A stretch of DNA of 64,000 nt, taken from positions 54,510,464 through 54,574,463 of the forward strand of contig NC_043011.1 in assembly GCF_006345805.1 (NCBI RefSeq). Direction: 5' to 3'. Shown one piece after another: positions 1 to 11,870 of this stretch; position 1 is the first letter of the stretch; every line of letters starts with the position of its first letter. This stretch comes from Octopus sinensis. Taxonomy: Eukaryota. Made by a program: the position numbers and the translations under genes. The notes beneath the pieces are model-generated. The model had not been told where the DNA came from, made no database searches, and was given only the letters and a program-made list of their open reading frames with translations.

Positions 1-319
1 CAAGAATGAGTACATTTAGACAGTTTTTTAATAAACACTACTCATGTTTCAATACAACATAGATCCATGGATATACAGGATTTAAATTAAGCAACGATTT
101 ACCTGTATAATGGGATCCAGCTGTATCTCTACAGGGGATATGTAATCGGTGTCCCTGTTAGTAAATCTTTGACTTTGATACTAACACTAAACCTAGACTT
201 GGAAGTATACCGTAGTACTACTGGGTATTTGGTAATTCTAAGAGTGAACAAGCTCTGCCTTGTACTCAAATTTGTTCTTATCTAAATACACTTTATATAC
301 AAATATATACAAATAACTC

Positions 320-432
320 TCAGAGTGGTTGACGTTAGGAAGGGCATCCAGCTGTAGAAACTCTGCCAGATCAGTCAAAATCATCCAACCCATGCTAGCA
401 TGGAAAGTGGACGTTAAACGATGGTGATGATG
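320..432 (+). mobile_element. 5'-truncated copy of the RTE LINE 3' UTR
   Basis: Matches the LINE 3' end at about 31530-31687 (GGAAGGGCATCCAGCTGTAGAAA...CCCATGCTAGCATGGAAAG..GACGTTAAACGATG) and ends in a (GAT)n tail. Confidence 0.85.
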
Positions 433-458
433 ATATATATATATATATATATATATAT

Positions 459-863
459 AGGTGCAGGAGTGGCTGTGTGGTAAGTAGCTTGCTAACCAAC
501 CACATGGTCCCGGGTTCAGTCCCACTGCGTGGCATCTTGGGCAAGTGTCTTCTGCTATAGCCTCGGGCCGACCAAAGCCTTGTGAGTGGATTTGGTAGAC
601 GGAAACTGAAAAGAAGCCCGTCGTATATATGTATATATATATGCATGTGTGTGTTTGTGTGTCTGTGTTTGTCCCCCTAGCATTGCTTGACAACCGATGC
701 TAGTGTGTTTACGTCCCCGTCACTTAGCGGTTCGGCAAAAGAGACCGATAGAATAAGTACTGGGCTTACAAAAGAATAAGTCCCGGGGTCGAGTTGCTCA
801 ATTAAAGGCGGTGCTCCAGCATGGCCACAGTCAAATGACTGAAACAAGTAAAAGAGTAAAGAG
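459..863 (+). mobile_element. tRNA-derived SINE family 1 (CORE-like centre), full length
   Basis: Head AGGTGCAGGAGTGGCTGTGTGGTAAG with B-box-like GGTTCAGTCCC; centre CTTGGGCAAGTG; internal (TA)/(TG) tract; tail CAGTCAAATGACTGAAACAAGTAAAAGAG. Many copies occur in the window. Confidence 0.85.
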
Positions 864-887
864 TATATATATATATATATATATATG

Positions 888-1294
888 ACACAGTGCCAGC
901 CTCGTCTGGCACCTGTGTCGGTGGCACATAAAACACCATCCGAGCGTGGCCGTCTGCCAGCCTCGTCTGGCACCTGTGTCGGTGGTACATAAAAAAACCC
1001 ATCCGAGCGTGGCCGTCTGCCAGCCTCGTCTGGCACCTGTGTCGGTGGCACATAAAACACCATCCGAGCGTGGCCGTTCGCCAGCCTCGTCTGGCACCTG
1101 TGTCGGTGGCACATAAAATCACCCACTACATTCTCGGAGTGGTTGGCGTTAGGAAGGGCATCCAGCTGTAGAAACACTGCCAGATCTGACTGGCCTGGTG
1201 CAGCCTTCGGGCTCCCCAGACCCCAGTTGAACCGTCCAACCCATGCTAGCATGGAAAGCGGACGTTAAACGACGATGATGATGATGATGATGAT
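888..1294 (+). mobile_element. 5'-truncated RTE 3' UTR copy with 4 tandem ~61-bp units
   Basis: Near-identical to 31348-31687. Unit GCCAGCCTCGTCTGGCACCTGTGTCGGTGGCACATAAAACACCATCCGAGCGTGGCCGTCT starts at about 895, 956, 1020 and 1081; (GAT)n tail. Confidence 0.9.
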
Positions 1295-1597
1295 ATATAT
1301 ATATTATATATGAAGGATGTAGTGCACGCACGATTTTTCGGTACATATTATTGCTACATATTTATGCAGTGTTTCAGCAATCCTACAGACAAACATTGGA
1401 TGACATTGTTCCTTAATAGGGGAACTTGAGTTTGGGATTAGCTAAAAATAATAATTTCTTTCATTCTAGTGCTTTATCAACGTGACTTTACAATTTTACA
1501 ATTATTTTTTCATAGTTGGGTTTAACTACCCTTTCTAGCATGTAAGGAGTCCGGCTGTAGGTCTTCTCTTTGTGTTGTGTATATATCTATATGCACT

Positions 1598-1634
<37 letters not shown>

Positions 1635-1639
<5 letters not shown>

Positions 1640-1838
1640 TTTATTATATAGAAGGAGCTTCTACAGGACTAGAACTGTTTCATTCAAGAGAAATCTTCAG
1701 GAAGCTCCTGAAGATTTCTCTTGAATGAAACAGTTCTAGTACTGTAGAAGCTCCTTCTATATAATAAATTAATTTTACTCTGCTATGTATTGAGTACCTT
1801 ATTTACTGTGGTTAACCCCAAATCAACCCGGGACCTAC
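1635..1838. mobile_element. Penelope-like pseudo-LTR / retrozyme-like element, family A, with 68-bp fold-back
   Basis: Arms 1635-1702 and 1706-1773 are reverse complements with 1 mismatch, followed by a 65-nt tail ending GGACCTAC. (TA)n on both sides. Second copy at 42985-43184. Confidence 0.7.
1654..1708 (-). ncRNA. Type I hammerhead ribozyme motif (family A)
   Basis: Minus strand GGAGCTTC-CTGAAGA-TTTC TCTT GAAT-GAA-ACAG TTCTAGTC CTGT-A-GAAGCTCC: 8-bp stem I, CUGANGA and GAAA core, 4-bp stem III, GUA cleavage triplet. Confidence 0.75.
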
Positions 1839-1845
1839 ATATATA

Positions 1846-1876
<31 letters not shown>

Positions 1877-3220
1877 GTAGAAGCTTATCCTGACTTTGGT
1901 GCCCTGTATCTCACTAAATTGGATACTGGAGTAGATTGTGGAACCTACAACTTAACCCTAGGTTGGTTGTGTGCCTCCCCTTTTCACATACACACACACA
2001 CACACAAACTCTGGTTCATAGGATTAAATCTGCTGATTAAAATATACAAAAAACAAATGTCTGGTGAACCAGGAGAGCCTATGTAATCAAACAACCTACT
2101 AGAAATAGGAGTCAAATCCTACTCATATTACACTACCGTCTCATAAAAAGAAGAGCACACGAGAAAATGTAACCGTAAACACACTGCCTGCATCTGAAAA
2201 ACAGATGGGAATGAGATAACAGTTGGAATGCCTGACAACAAAGGTCTCCTTAATGAGGAGTGATCTGGGACTAAACAACAAACAAGTATCTGCAGTGGAT
2301 TGAAAATCAAAACCTTTGATGTACAAGTTCAGCATGCTACCACCTACCACCAAGCCAGATAATTAACTGACAAGTATCTCGATTTCAAATACCATACAAC
2401 ATAAATTCTTGATTAATGAATATTATCTCTGCCTCTAGGTGATGGGTCTTAATCACCAAATGGTAAGCTTCACTTGAGAAGGGGAGATAATCAAGAATTC
2501 TCCAAAACTGACATGACGTTAAGGAGAAGGACAGCTTTATTGCCTGGAGATAAGAGGACAGTTGTGGACACATGTTTCTGACTCAATAGCCATGAGCTAA
2601 GGGAAATAACCCAAAGTGGCCAGTGGCATGTAACTGAAGAACAGATGAAAAGAGGTGGGTCAGTTAGCATGCAACATAAATTCTTCAGTTATAGAAATTG
2701 TTGCCACCTTTAAAATACAAGTTCAGTATGTAATCTCCTGCCCTTCTTGACCAGGTCAACGGCTGAAAATGGAAGGATTTCCCAGCAGTGACAAGTACAA
2801 ACGCATCTAATTTCTCAGAAGTAGTCGTTTACTAACGAGTTAGCTTATAACATGTTGCCTTAACATAAATGATGATGATGATGATGATACATTATTAGAT
2901 GTGATTACATTGTGGTTGGTCACATCTCACTGACCACTGGAATAACATAGTGAGTGCGTGTGTGAAGGGAAGGCAAATATTTGTGAAAACAGGTGTAGAG
3001 AGTGTGTGTGTGAAGACAGGTGTATATCCGTTTGTGTATGTGTGTGTGAAGACAAGGATGTGTGTGTGTAAATGTGTGTGCACAAGCATGTATATAATGA
3101 CAGGTGTGAGCGGGGAGGGATTAAGACTGGCGAATGTCAGATGGCGGGAGTGGAGAGGACAAGGATGTGTGTGTGTGTGTGTGTGTGAAGACAAGGATGT
3201 GTGTGTGTGTGAAGACAAGG

Positions 3221-3259
<39 letters not shown>

Positions 3260-3916
3260 CAGGTGAGTGAGTGGTGAAGATTGATGAATGTCAGGAAGCC
3301 GGGTGGGGAGGGAATGAAGACAGAATGTATGTATGTGTGTATAAAGGTGAGTGTGTGGAGAAGAATGGCAAGTGTCAGTATAGGACAGGGGTGTAGGTGA
3401 AGATAGATATGCGAGGGTGTGTATATGTGTATATATGTATATATATATAGATATAATGGGAGAGCCGTGTGCATGTGTGTAGAATTAGGTCATCAACTAC
3501 AAAAATGCATTAAAATTTTTTTTTTTATAAAATGTAATCTTTTTTTATTTTTGCTTTTAATTTTGTTTTGGTTTTTTTTCTCTTTTTCTTTTTTCTTTTC
3601 TTTCCACTGAAAGAAGCAGATGTGGGACTTTATGGAAGCACAATGCTTTAATGAACAATTGTCACAGCGAATAATTGCTTCCATTCACCCCCACCTCGCC
3701 CTCTCTTTTCATGTTTCTTGTCATTCCCATTGTTGTTGTTATTATTGTTGTTGCTGTCGCTGTCAGCATTATCATTGTTATTGCTGCTATCAATATTGTC
3801 ATCATTATTGTCTTCTCCACCTACAGCCAAACTACACAACAAACCTCTCTCTCTCTCTGCCATTGACCAAATGCAAAGATCTTCAGCCAATCTAAATACA
3901 CGATACAGACACACAG

Positions 3917-4260
3917 ACATCTTCATCATCATCATTTAATGTCTGCTTTCTATACTGGCATGTGTTGGACAGTTTGACAGGAGTTGGCTAGACAGAAGAC
4001 TACACCAGGCTTCAGTGACTGTTTTTTTTCTTTTTCCATGGTTTTTTACAGCTGGATGCCCTTCCTAACACCATCCACCCTGCAGAGTTGACAGAGTGCT
4101 TTTTACATGCTACCACCACAGCTGAGGTTAGTTTTGGCATGGTCTTTACAGCTGGATGCCATTCCAAATACCAACCACTTTACAGTGTATCCTGAGTGCT
4201 TTTCATGTGGCACCAACACCGGTAGGGTCACCAAGTAACTTCGAAGCCCAAAAATCTTTT
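3917..4260 (-). mobile_element. Diverged RTE 3' UTR copy
   Basis: Begins with (CAT)n-TTAATGTC and contains ACAGCTGGATGCCCTTCCTAAC, the reverse complement of the RTE tail. Confidence 0.7.
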
Positions 4261-5065
4261 GAGAGGAGAGGGGACATTGGAGGAGGTGATCTTTTACCAG
4301 AGCATGACAGAGAGACAGAAACAGGTATTTTGCTGTAGCAGAGATACATTGTTACCTGACGAGAGAGAGAAAGAGTAATCAAGAATGAAGATAGACCAAA
4401 GGCATGTTACTGTAGAGAAGATTCATGGTTACCCAGCCAGAGAGAAAAGCAAACCCAGCCAGAGGAAAGAGCAAGAGAAAGAGATATATAATTAAGATGT
4501 GTGTGTATATATATATATATGTATGTATGTATGTATGTATAGGATGAGAGAGATGTACATGGTGCGTGTGTGGTAATAGTAGTTACTGTCTCCTTGCTCT
4601 GATAATGCCTGATAGTTGTAGGCAAGTGTCCCCATCATAGTAGTGGTGTCCTTTGTTTCCAAACTTCCAAAACATTTCGGGTCATGGGGAAATATTCTTT
4701 ACTTGCAGACAGGTGAGGATTGGCAACAGGAAGGGCATCCAGCCATAAAAAAAATTCTACCATCATAAAACTAGGCATTAAATCTATGGAGATGATGATA
4801 TATAAATGTCAGGCAATCCTGAAGTCCCTTCAGCATCTCAATGATCTATAAAATTCTTATTTTTATTTTATTATAATTTTGTTTTTATATATATATATAT
4901 ATATTTATATAGTTTCATCTGTAGGGAAAAGTGACTCTACAATATGGCACCCTGCAGCAAAGAGTCCTTTCCATGTTCAAGTGTGAAGGAATGTGATAAG
5001 AATAAATACACACAGCAACACTTTTGATACCGTGTTTGCCATTTTGCGGTGAATAGCTTTCAGCA

Positions 5066-5119
<54 letters not shown>

Positions 5120-5262
5120 CACACACACACACACAAACACACATGCATATGTATGTGTGTATCTATGTATAAATGAACAAAATATGAACAGGTAGTCGCA
5201 ATGCATCATAGCAATATATAACGCATTTATATAACATGCTAAGAGAAAACGAAGGCATATAA

Positions 5263-5776
5263 ATAGAAAAATTATTTCTAATCTCTCAACAAGAGACATT
5301 CAGTAACAGTACTCTAAAGTAAAAACTGTTTGCCAACATAATGTGGCAGTCCCAGTTGGGATGAATGTTACTGTTATTTAGCCCCAGGAAACATCGTCTC
5401 CAGCTGGCTATACAACACACAATCTGCATCCTTATATTTTTGAACAGGGGAGATTAGCACCCCTACTCAGCACAGAGCAGTATCTGTGGATTGCGATTAC
5501 TGGGTTATTTCCCTTCCTCAGCACAGAATATCTGCTTGGCTGAGATAGTGCTGCCAAATTCCCATTTGAAAATATCTATAATTTTCAAAGTGACACACAG
5601 TTATTGATCTAATAGATAGAAAAATTATTATTTCTAAATCTCTCAATGAGAGACATTCAAAAATATAAGGACACAGATTGTGTAGCCAGCTGGAGATGAT
5701 GTTTCCTGGAGCTAAATAACAGTAACATTCGTCCCAACTGGGACTACCACATTATGTTGGCAAATAATCTTTACTT
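5263..5776. repeat. Direct-plus-inverted duplication (A-B-C-A-B') of Penelope-like architecture
   Basis: ~40-nt A at 5263 and 5616 (direct). ~125-nt B at 5316-5444 is the reverse complement of 5656-5776. Central C holds a hammerhead-like motif. Confidence 0.75.
5483..5527 (-). ncRNA. Degenerate hammerhead-like motif (family E)
   Basis: Minus strand TCTGTG-CTGAGGA-A GGG AAATAA CCC A-GTA-AT CGCA AT-C-CACAGA: 6-bp stem I, core GAAA altered to GTAA, AUC triplet. Confidence 0.45.
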
Positions 5777-6190
5777 CAAAGACATATAAGTATATATAAA
5801 TATATAGCGAGAAAGCAGGTAAAATCTGGAATGTGAAAGTTCATGATTCCCTACAGATGGACACACTCTAGGATGAGGTAGATATGAATCTGGAAAGTTA
5901 TTGATTTGTCTTCGATAGGTAAGTAAAATCCATAGTTTCACTGGTGAAATACTCATAAGTTTTTCGCCAGTAAATCAACACTTCTCAAATTCTTTTCTAT
6001 CTCATCTTGAAATGCACCTGTCTCCACAGAGTCATTATGAGCTTTCACCACCCAGAATCCAGATTTATCCCCAGGCTTCTTGCTATATATATATTAATTA
6101 TAATAAAAGGGTAAAATCAATAATTTTACCAGGTGGTCAGTGAAGAAATAAAAACCGCACAGGTAAATTTTACAAAATATTTTATAATTA

Positions 6191-6348
6191 TATACATAAT
6201 TATAACAAGGGATCAGCTTTATGCCTCACCAAGCACTACAACAAATAGACACTAAAGCCCACACTACCACCTTAATAGGGATTTTAGTGTCTATTTCTTG
6301 CAGTGCGTGGTGAGATGTAAAGCCAATCCCTTGTTATAATTATGTATA
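6191..6348. repeat. Imperfect fold-back (~70-bp arms, 17-nt loop)
   Basis: 6191-6260 is an imperfect reverse complement of 6278-6348, in AT-rich context. Confidence 0.8.
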
Positions 6349-6989
6349 TTATATGGAGTGAATGAGATGGTTAGATAATTAAGTGTAAACAAAAGAAAAG
6401 AAGAAAAAAAAACAGAATTAAGAGATGGGGAGGATCGAAAAATACGAAAAGGGAGAATAAATAGGGAGGGCTCGGCAGACAAACAGACAGACAAGCATAC
6501 AGACTGCCATTGTATAAGGTCCATTTGTCCATGTTAATGCTTGGAAAGGTCTGTTGTGGTCTTTACATTCTCCTCTCATCTACAAGTGACATGATCCTGT
6601 GATTTGATCTCACTTCCCCAGTATTCGTCAGCTGATAGCCTTGAACACCAGATAGTCTTTCAGTTTCTGCGGCTCATCTATCACTAAACATTCCACAGAT
6701 CAGTCTTAACTCATTTTTTTTTCTCTACCCTCCTCTCCCATGACTTCCACCTCTCAGTAACATTACACGGCTTCACACTCAAATTCATGCAGTCTGCCTC
6801 GGAAATAGAGAATACAATTCTTGCTGTGGTTGTTATTATTTAGCTCAAGATAAGCTTTGACTGAGCGGCCCTTACGATCAAAGGCATTCCAGGTCAGACC
6901 CATCCTACCTTTTTGTCTATTTAGGAGTACTTCCTTAACTTTTGCACTTTTTCTTCATTTACTGGTGACAGCGTATTTTTCGACAAGTC

Positions 6990-7570
6990 AACATAGCCTA
7001 TCATGCAATCACAGCCTATAGTGTAATCATAGCCTATAGTGTAAACATAACCTATAGTATGATCATAGCCTATAGTGTGATCAGACCCTATAATGCAATC
7101 ATAACCTATAGTGTGATCATAGCCTATAGTGTAATCATAGCCTATAGTGTAATCACAGCCTATGGTGTAATCATAGCCTATAGTGTAATCACAGCATATA
7201 GTGTAATCATAGCCTATAGTGTAAACATAACCTATAGTATGATCAGAGCCTATAGTGTGATCAGAGCCTATAATGCAATCATAGCCTATAGTGTGATCAG
7301 AGCCTATAGTGTGATCAGAGCCTATAATGCAATCATAACCTATAGTGTGATCATAGCCTATAGTGTAATCACAGCCTATAGTGTGATAATAGCCTATGGT
7401 GTAATCATATCCTATAGTGTAATCACAGCCTATGGTGTAATCATAGCCTATAGTGTGATCACAGCCTATAGTGTAATCATAGCCTATAGTATAATCATGG
7501 CCTATAGTGCAATCATAGTCTATAGTGTAAATATAGCCTATAGTGTAATCATGGCCTATAGTGTAAACAT
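6990..7570. repeat. 18-bp minisatellite (ATCATAGCCTATAGTGTA), ~32 units, with 180-bp higher-order period
   Basis: Direct reading. Variant units recur at 7021-7110 and 7201-7290. Explains the TIGYDY and YSVIIA ORFs. Confidence 0.9.
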
Positions 7571-8716
7571 GTAGTGTAAACATTCAAACATCATCAGTAT
7601 CTTTTCAAGTCCTGCTGCATTTCTCATGGAATTTTTGGTCTTCCAAAGTCGTCTTGGTGTCTAAGTCAACCTACCTGTCTTTGATGTAAAATTTTGCTCT
7701 GAAAAATTTGACTCGTATTCTGGAGAATACAATAAGCTATGACTGACTGAACTTTTTCCCAAGGGCATTCCAGCCATACCCATCCTGTCTTTTTGTCTAT
7801 CTAAGACTACTTCCTTAACTTCTTGCACCTCTTCTTCATTTCCTGGTGAAACCACATTTTCCAGCACAGAAATCGATGGACTCCTTCTTCAAGGACTACT
7901 TCTTTGACTTCCTGTGCCTTTTCGTTATTCATTTGTGATACGTTCTCATTACAGCCAGCCACTAGCACTAATTAGGTCACCTAGGTAACACAAACTATCA
8001 CAATTTGTGAGTTACCTGAGCATTTCAGCTCCAGTCAAGCGGTACAATGACAAGGTATGTTGACAACCTGAATGATAAGGTGTAAACCACATACCTGTTG
8101 TTTCACTTATACTATTGTTCCATGCTCTGACATGCATTGACCAATCACATGATGTTTACTGAGGGGGTCTGAACATAATACATTGTCTTTGTTGTCCAGT
8201 GTATTTTTATGTCTACTATCTTTTACTTGTTTCAGTCATCGGACTGTGGCCACGCTGGGGTACCACCAAATTGACACCAGTACCTATTCAAAATTTTAAA
8301 GTCTGGTACTTATTCTCTCAGGGATTTTTTTTTGCCAAACTGCTAAGTTTGAATGGTACATATTTATAAACTTGACTGGTACATATTTTATAAACCAGAG
8401 AGGGACAAAAGGCAAAATTAACTCTAGTGGAATTTGAACACAGAATATAAAGTGCTGGAACAAAGACTGAGGCTCTAACAAGTCCACCAATCTAGTACTG
8501 TAATAATAATTCTTTCTATTACAGACACAAGAACTAAAATTTGGTGGAAGGGACTATTCAATTACATTGACCCCAGTGTGCAACTGGTACATGATTTATT
8601 GACCTCCAAAAGGATGAAAAGCAAAAAGGCAAAGTCAACCTCGGTGGAATTTGAACTCAGAATGGAAAGCAAGAAGAAATACCACTGAGCATTTTGTCCA
8701 ACAAACTAAGAATTCT

Positions 8717-9134
8717 TATTTCTTTATTGCCCACAAGGGGCTACACACAGAGGGGACAAACAAGGACAGACAAATGGATTAAGTCGGTTATTTTGACCTC
8801 TAGTGTGTAACTGGTACTTAATTTATCGACCCCGAAAGGATGAAAGGCAAAGTCGACCTCGGCAGAATCTGAACTCAGAACGTGATGGCAGACGAAATAC
8901 CTATTTTTTTACTACCCACAAGGGGCTACACACAGAGAGGACAAACAAGGACAGACAAATGGATTAAGTCGATTATATCGACTCCAGTGTGTAACTGGTA
9001 CTTAATTTATCAACCCCGAAATGATGGAAGGCAAAGTCAACCTTGGCGCAATTTGAACTCAGAACGTAACGGCAGATGAAATACGGCTATGCATTTCGCC
9101 CGGCGTACTAACGGTTCTGCCAGCTTGCCGCCTT
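8717..9134 (-). mobile_element. tRNA-derived SINE family 2 with internal tandem duplication
   Basis: Head (minus) AAGGCGGCAAGCTGGCAG; centre CTTTCATCCTTTCGGGGTCGATAAATTAAGTACCAG; 11-bp TSD CTAAGAATTCT at 8706-8716 and 9140-9150. Confidence 0.85.
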
Positions 9135-9188
9135 GTAAGCTAAGAATTCTGTCAGCACTTTTTATAATAACAACAGCAACGACATTAA

Positions 9189-9397
9189 CCTGTTCATTTT
9201 CATATTCCAGTTGAAGTACCCTGCTTTCAATTCAATTAATTTTGAAAATAATAAAAAATTTATTGAAATAACTTTGTCAGTATTAAACTTGTGCTTTTGA
9301 AATTTTGATGGATGGTTTTAATTTAGATCACTTTTAAAATGGGAAGTTTATATCATAGGGCCAAGGGCAGTTTCAGGCGGGTTGGTATCAAAAGAGG
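9189..9397. mobile_element. Old piggyBac-type MITE
   Basis: TTAA at 9185-9188 and 9398-9401 with CCT...AGG ends; internal similarity to the MITEs at 55350 and 56886. Confidence 0.5.
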
Positions 9398-10099
9398 TTA
9401 ACGACGATCATTTAATGATAATAACTAATTTCTTGTAATGGAGGCAGATGCAGCTGTGAGTTTTAGCAGTTTGGTGGTTGCAAAAGAATCTGCATTGATT
9501 TATTGAAAATGTTGAATGCAGTTCAAATGAGCTAAACAGAAGAAAAAAAAAAGGAAAAAAGTAGTTTTCTATGGAAATATTAGCTGATAAATTAATGCCG
9601 AAAGGTTATGTGATTTGACACAGTCTTTATCCATTTTCCACAGAATTTAGACATGTATGCAATACGATAGGAGACAACAAGCAGTTCTTTATTTAGATGT
9701 AATTAAGAATTTGTCTGCAAGACATTGAAAAGATGGGTAATAAATAAGAATTGAAAAAGAGTCAAATATATGTAGTACAAGTCTAGAATTTGTAACCAAA
9801 TGCAATATTCTACAATGTTCTGAAGAAAAAAACATCCGCAAGAATATTGTCGTCAATGAAGATTATGTGAGTAGATATTCTAAAAATAGCCAAAATATAC
9901 TGCAAAATATTCAAAGACTACCAGAAGCTAGCAAAAGTGTTATTAAATACTTCGATTAGTTGACTAAAATGTTAACATTGTTGTCTATGAAATGGTAACT
10001 AATATGGCACAGAAGATAGTATTTAGTACCACAGGGTTAAAATATATAGAGGTATTGCTTTGTTTTTTTGTTTGTTTCTCTTGGGGTAAACACTTGTAT

Positions 10100-10440
10100 G
10101 CTGAAGGTACTGCTGTACTCCATCTCAAAAGTGTAGGGGTCAATGCTTCATCAGATGATGAAGCAGACCTACAGGTGTTACAGACCCTTTGACCATAAAA
10201 CCAGAGCTACCCGGGGCCACACACAGATGTAGGTGACAAGACTCCCACACAACAGCACAAGCTTTGTTGAGTCAGATGTTGTGACATCTGGGCCAGATGT
10301 TTCCATCATCCTCACTGCTTGATCTTGCTGCGTCATTTATTCTCTCTGGGATCAGATGCAATGTCCTGCTTTCTCAGTGGCATTCAGCAATTTTCTGGTA
10401 ACATCTTTTCTCCCCTTCATGTGATAAATATATTAAGGTC
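10100..10440 (-). mobile_element. 3' relic of a HERO-like (RLE-type) non-LTR retrotransposon
   Basis: Minus translation TRKLLNATEKAGHCI*SQRE* resembles the AEKASxWxWxKR C-terminus of HERO elements and is followed by UTR-like sequence. Confidence 0.5.
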
Positions 10441-10920
10441 ATCCAGTCACAGGAACCATGTGAAAGCAGACATTGGAGCTCAAAGCAGTCCTTGGTTGAC
10501 TTTGCCTTTCAGACATCTGATCTCAGTGCAGTCTGATTTTGCATTTCAAGCTTTCGGAATTGATAAAATAAGTACCAGCTGAACACTGGGATCAATGTAA
10601 TCAACTTACCCCCTCTCCTGAAATTGCTGGCCTTGTGCCTAAATTTGAAGGCATTATTATTATTATTGAGTGAGAGAGCAGTACATGCCATCAAAGTGAC
10701 ACAGAGATACAAATACATGAAGCCCGAAATACCCTTCATGACTACCTGTCTGATAAGGGTACACCAGGCACATGCATCACAACCATGACATGGTGATCTC
10801 ATATCAAGATAAACAGCGTATGACCTTGCAGGTGGGGCCCAGTTAGAATTTTCTTCAGGTCGAGTAGCCCAACCCAATCAAAAGGTCTCTGAATAAGGGT
10901 TGCTTAAGGAGGATGAATGA

Positions 10921-11870
10921 AATATGTTTCTTTATTAGCCACACAGGGCTGCACACAGATGGGACAGATTACAAAGTAGAGCTTTGCTTTTTGGGGAGAA
11001 AAAAAAGTGGGGTAGGTTTTCGATCAAAAGGGATCGTAAAAGAGAAAGAAAAACAAATTAAAAACCCAAAAAACCCCCAAAAAAACGATCAATAGGGATC
11101 GTGTATCACAGAAATGTCATGATGTAAAGTGTAAAGGGGAAAGCAGATAAGGTTTATCCGTGGAAAGAAAAGCCTACGGAAAAGACCACAGTAACCTTGG
11201 TCAATAATATCACACGTTACCACATTTGTTTGCAAGTAGGTAACCCTCTGTTTTAAACTTCCGGATTCATAGGATTATGCTCAAGGTGGCTTCATCATTC
11301 ATACATGCCATCCTTGCTACATTCACCCATCTTTTTTTTAAACATTCGCTAGACAAAACTTGCCTCTCTACTCTCACTTTCCTTTTCAAGTGATACTTGA
11401 AGAAGTTGATGAGAGATTGACTAGAGAGGAAAGTGTTTGTCTCCAATCCTTTCAGACGCGTTCACCAGATACATTCTTTCGCCATAGCCACAAGAATGAT
11501 GAAAATAGCTCTTCCTTTCCGTTTGAAGGAAGGAGCTGTGACAATATTGACGATAGACTCGGCTGATAAACCAACTCGTCCCACATGTGACAGCAGTCAT
11601 TCAACATAAGCCCACAGGTCGGAAATTGTTGGACACTGCATCTTGGGCAGGTCGGCCCCGTGTTTCTCGAGCCGTGTCTGTAGAGCTTATCCCGAACAGG
11701 TAGCGCTTCTCGGTAACACTGCCAGGCCAGGGATCTCTGGAAGTTGTCCATGGGTCCTGGCCCGAAAGTCATCCTGAACAGGCTGGTCAGGTACTCCTCA
11801 TCGACATCCAGGTTCACCCCAAGCTCGTCGTCGTACCTCCCCTCCACTAATCCCCATGAATGAAATAGCC
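10921..11870 (-). mobile_element. 3' portion of a Tx1/L1-clade LINE (zf-RVT region, ORF end, 3' UTR)
   Basis: SLAWQCYREALPVRDKLYRHGSRNTGPTCPRC; C-terminus KKRWVNVARMACMNDEATLSIIL* with stop at 11267-11269; UTR ending AATAAAGAAAC. Confidence 0.75.

Noticed and set aside
2439-2462. Candidate 24-nt micro-exon (CTCTAG|...ATG|GTAAGC)
   Set aside because: Good-looking splice signals alone are common, and no neighbouring exons were identified.
6921-7583. TIGYDY repeat protein
   Set aside because: Automatic consequence of an 18-bp unit; an opposite-strand frame is also open.
9745-9960. ~72-codon stop-free stretch (IRIEKESNICSTSLEFV...)
   Set aside because: No start, convincing splice pair or recognisable homology; expected occasionally by chance.
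10140-10170. CTGATGA/CTGAAGA heptamers here and near 2633, 7590, 17024, 36107 and 58465
   Set aside because: No properly spaced GAAA, stem III and stem I complementarity, so they are not counted as hammerheads.
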